From positions 1 to 47,182 of the forward strand of contig DATJIJ010000014.1 of the NCBI GenBank assembly GCA_035493355.1: 47,182 nt of DNA, read 5' to 3'. Below, in pieces: positions 44,565 through 47,182 of this stretch (position 1 is its first letter; each line of letters starts with the position of its first letter). The notes under the pieces are model-generated. The model did no database searches, was not told the DNA's origin, and saw only the letters and a program-made list of their open reading frames with translations. This DNA comes from Candidatus Methylomirabilota bacterium. GTDB lineage: Bacteria > Chloroflexota > Limnocylindria > QHBO01. The position numbers and the translations under genes are program-made.

Positions 44565-44595
44565 GTCTGTCCGGAAGCATACAGACGACATATGT
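44565..44595. promoter_or_regulatory. inverted repeat GTCTGT-n10-ACAGAC and adjacent 8-bp palindrome ACATATGT in the crp-like/PAS divergent intergenic region
   Basis: Seen directly at 44565-44586 and 44588-44595. Confidence 0.3.
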
Positions 44596-44655
44596 GCGAT
44601 CGTGGCATCCTCCGGCGGGCGGCCCCGTATCGGCCCGAGACAGAGATGCGGTGAG

Positions 44656-45225
44656 ATGACCGTAAACGACCGGCAGGACCCTCCCGACCTCGACCTGGCG
44701 AACATCAGCGGCTGGCCCGAACCTGTGCCCAGCCCTGCGGCGGGCGAGGCCGTGATCAATATCGACGCGAGCGGGCGATACGTTCACGCCAACGAGTCCG
44801 CGCTCCGGCTATTGGGCCTCACGCTCGACGAGCTGCGAGCCTCGCCGGCGGATCGGTTCGCCATCCGTCCCACCAGCGAGTCCGAGCAGGCGGCATTTCG
44901 GGCGGAATGGGAGTCGGACGGTGCGCGCCCACTGATCGGGACTGCCGGCCTGAAGCGTGCCGACGGCTCGACGATTCGCGTCTCGTACGCGATCGAAGCC
45001 ACCGGATCGGGATTCCGTGCCCGTCTCTGGCAGGTGGAGGGCGCGCCGGAGGCGCCACCGAGCGTCTTCACCGTTGGCAGCGTGCTTCGTCAGTGGCGTG
45101 CCGCGGAGCGCGAGCTCGCGGAACTGAAGCCGGGCAGCCCTGAGCACGCACGAACGGCGGTCGAGATCGAAATGCTTCGCGGCAAGTACCACGAGCTCTT
45201 CAAGTCGGTGCGGCCCAAGGACTGA
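44656..45225 (+). CDS. stand-alone PAS-domain protein with a C-terminal helical tail
   Basis: ATG 44656 (MTVNDRQDPPDL), 189 aa. AVINIDASGRYVHANESALRLLGLTLDELR...KRADGSTIRVSY is PAS-like. No output domain. Confidence 0.75.
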   Translation: MTVNDRQDPPDLDLANISGWPEPVPSPAAGEAVINIDASGRYVHANESALRLLGLTLDELRASPADRFAIRPTSESEQAAFRAEWESDGARPLIGTAGLKRADGSTIRVSYAIEATGSGFRARLWQVEGAPEAPPSVFTVGSVLRQWRAAERELAELKPGSPEHARTAVEIEMLRGKYHELFKSVRPKD

Positions 45226-45249
45226 GGAGACCCTCGCTTCCGCGCGGGG

Positions 45250-46224
45250 TCAGGCCAGGTCGCTTGAGCCAAGCAGGATGTTCGCGAGGGTCGTCGCATC
45301 CAGGTTTCCGCCGGACACAACCGCCACGATCGGTCCAACCCCCGCGCGGCCCGTCAGCGCGGCTGAGACCGACGCCGCGCCAGCGCCCTCGGCCACGACC
45401 CGCGCGCGGCTGACCAGCAGGCGGACGGCGTCGGCGATCTGGTCGAGCGTCACGACGATGGAGCCATCTACCAGGGTTGAGACCATTTGCCACATCTCGG
45501 CGAAGACGAACCTGCTGCCCATGCCATCGACCCAGCTGGGCGCGTAGTCGACCTCCACTGGCCGTCCGGCCTCGAGCGCAGCCGCGAGTGGTGCAGCGGT
45601 CTCGGCCTCTGCGGCGAAGACCTTCACGCCCGGCGCCGTGCCCTTGATGGCGGACGCGATCCCTGCTGAAAGCCCCCCTCCTCCGTACGGAGCGATCACC
45701 GCCGTAACGTCGGGCAGGTCCTCCAGGACCTCGAGCCCGATGGTCGCGTTCCCGGCGATGACCGCCGGATCCGCGAATGGATGGATGAAGAGGCCCGACA
45801 TTCCTGGATAGCCGCGGTCCTCGAGGACCTGCAGCCAGCGATCGAAGGTGACGGGCACGATCCGGGCGCCAAGCCGCTCGATGGCATCCAGCTTGGCCCG
45901 TGGGGCATGGTCCGGGACAACGACCCCGCACGGGATGCCGAGGCGGCTGGCGGCCCAGGCCACGCCCTGCGCCATGTTGCCCGCCGAGGCGGTGTACACG
46001 CCGTCGCGCAGCGTCGCCGGGTCGGCCAGCGCCATCGCGTTGCTCGCGCCGCGGACCTTGAACGAGCCGATGGGCTGGAGGTTCTCGAGCTTCACGTAGA
46101 GCTCGACGCCGTCCACGTCGAGCCGGAGCAACGGGGTCCGGATGGCGGTTCCAGCGATGCGCTGGCGCGCGGCGCGAATATCGGCGAGCGGTATCGGGAA
46201 GGGGAGGGTCGGGTGCTGCTGCAT
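45250..46224 (-). CDS. PLP-dependent threonine/serine dehydratase-family enzyme (no ACT domain)
   Basis: 324 aa with the PLP-lysine motif GSFKVRGA, ASAGNMAQG, and the Gly-rich phosphate loop APYGGGGL. Confidence 0.9.
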   Translation of the reverse strand: MQQHPTLPFPIPLADIRAARQRIAGTAIRTPLLRLDVDGVELYVKLENLQPIGSFKVRGASNAMALADPATLRDGVYTASAGNMAQGVAWAASRLGIPCGVVVPDHAPRAKLDAIERLGARIVPVTFDRWLQVLEDRGYPGMSGLFIHPFADPAVIAGNATIGLEVLEDLPDVTAVIAPYGGGGLSAGIASAIKGTAPGVKVFAAEAETAAPLAAALEAGRPVEVDYAPSWVDGMGSRFVFAEMWQMVSTLVDGSIVVTLDQIADAVRLLVSRARVVAEGAGAASVSAALTGRAGVGPIVAVVSGGNLDATTLANILLGSSDLA

Positions 46225-46233
46225 CGGCCCTGG

Positions 46234-47182
46234 CTAGAGCTCGAGCACGGAGCCCATGTCCTGGATTCGAGCCTGCTCCACCACGAATGCGGCCGCCGCG
46301 AGGTCCTCGACGGCCAGCCCGAGCGACTCGAAGACGGTGATCTGATCGGCGGTCTGGCGACCTTCCGTCGTGCCGATGAGAACCTCTCCGAGCTCGCCGA
46401 CGACGTGCGAGGCGTCCACGACGCCTTCGCGGATGGCGAAGAGCAGGTCCCCGGATTCGTTGACTGCCGACTCGCGCCGGTCGACGAAGAACCGCGAGCG
46501 GCGGACAGCCTCCGCGTCGAGCTCGCGCGCACTCGCAACACTGGATCCGACGGCGTTGACGTGTGCGCCGTCGCTCAGCCATTCGCCCAGGAGAACGGGG
46601 TCGGCGGATGCGGTCACCGTGCAGACGATGTCCGCGCCCTCGACCGCCTCTCGCGCCGACGCGGCCATCCCCACCTTGCCGTGCTCGGACGCCAGGCTCG
46701 CGAACGCCTCCAGCCGGGTACGGGTCGGGCTCCACGCGCGGATGCGAGTCAGCGGTCGCACGGCCAGGATCGCCTCCAGGTGGCTGAGTGCCTGGGTTCC
46801 CGAGCCAAGGATGGCGAGGTCGTGGGCATCCTCCCGTGCGAGCGTTCGCGTGGCGACGCCGCTGACTGCGGCTGTGCGGATCTCGGTCACCGCCGCTGCG
46901 TCGACGATCGCGGTCGGGGCGCCGTGCTCACCGTCGAAAAGCACGATCAGCCCCTGGTGTGACTCGAGCCCGACCTCGCGATTGCCCGGGAAGACTGAGA
47001 TCAGCTTCGCCCCGAACGGACCGTATCCCAGCGCCCCCGGCATCGCGGCGATGAGCCCCTTGCCGCTTGGCAGTCGGTATCCGGCGCGGAGCGGGTTCAT
47101 GGCCTCGCCGCGTGCCAGCCCGCCGAGCGCATCGGCCATGAGGTCGATGCATCGGTCCATGGGCAGCAGCCGTCGGACGTCC
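46234..47182 (-). CDS. ornithine cyclodeaminase / mu-crystallin family NAD(P)-dependent enzyme, 5' end beyond the window
   Basis: Has the Rossmann motif ILGSGTQA and VNAVGS. The reading frame continues upstream of M at 47160 (..DVRRLLPMDRCIDLM), so the true start lies outside the window. Confidence 0.88.
   Translation of the reverse strand, partial: DVRRLLPMDRCIDLMADALGGLARGEAMNPLRAGYRLPSGKGLIAAMPGALGYGPFGAKLISVFPGNREVGLESHQGLIVLFDGEHGAPTAIVDAAAVTEIRTAAVSGVATRTLAREDAHDLAILGSGTQALSHLEAILAVRPLTRIRAWSPTRTRLEAFASLASEHGKVGMAASAREAVEGADIVCTVTASADPVLLGEWLSDGAHVNAVGSSVASARELDAEAVRRSRFFVDRRESAVNESGDLLFAIREGVVDASHVVGELGEVLIGTTEGRQTADQITVFESLGLAVEDLAAAAFVVEQARIQDMGSVLEL

Noticed and set aside
45200-46962. 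511-aa minus-strand ORF (45200-46735) and 393-aa plus-strand ORF (45781-46962) overlapping the dehydratase and cyclodeaminase genes
   Set aside because: Alternative-frame or antisense ORFs with Arg/Gly/Pro-rich products. The chosen frames carry the SFKVRG PLP motif and the OCD Rossmann motif.
45250-47182. An SbnA/SbnB-type L-2,3-diaminopropionate synthase pair
   Set aside because: The PLP enzyme has the threonine-dehydratase/serine-racemase SFKVRG lysine motif rather than the cysteine-synthase-type motif of SbnA. The gene order is also reversed.

Overview
High-GC (roughly 70% G+C by eye), very gene-dense bacterial chromosomal segment. I call 50 protein-coding genes (two run off the window edges) and one tRNA-Ala(GGC). 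I see no rRNA, CRISPR array, transposase, integrase or phage genes. Most of the content is core housekeeping: fabD-fabF; an aldehyde dehydrogenase / Rieske / membrane / fused MoaD-MoaE block; agmatinase; psuK-psuG; pyrG; rho; a cell-wall amidase plus M23 peptidase; obg-nadD-rsfS. A long minus-strand run carries tRNA-Ala, GNAT-leuS and comEA-comEC-HD-holA, which resembles the Bacillus yqe neighbourhood. The lineage cannot be fixed from sequence alone; it looks like a high-GC Terrabacteria type (Actinomycetota- or Chloroflexota-like). The right-hand third (33.6-45.2 kb) looks the most accessory. It holds a secreted protein with a sortase-like C-terminal signal, an SRPBCC / lipoprotein / LprG-like cluster, and a GGDEF cyclase. 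It also holds an ArsR-type regulator divergent from a helical-bundle / 1-Cys thioredoxin-fold / DUF2182 operon, a soluble PAS hybrid histidine kinase coupled to a REC-GAF-EAL protein, a Crp-like regulator and a stand-alone PAS protein. The window ends with a threonine-dehydratase-like / ornithine-cyclodeaminase-like pair. I do not see a clear-cut novel defence or mobile system. The best candidates for follow-up are: (1) the uncharacterised redox/metal operon, (2) the c-di-GMP/phosphorelay island, (3) the 226-nt comEC/HD overlap, (4) a 2-gene module with an unlisted 50-codon membrane ORF, and (5) pervasive leaderless-type promoters and CTAG-overlapped convergent stops. Many ORFs over 300 aa in the six-frame track are GC-driven shadow ORFs antisense to real genes and were rejected. 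All family assignments come from motif recognition by eye; no database search was run.
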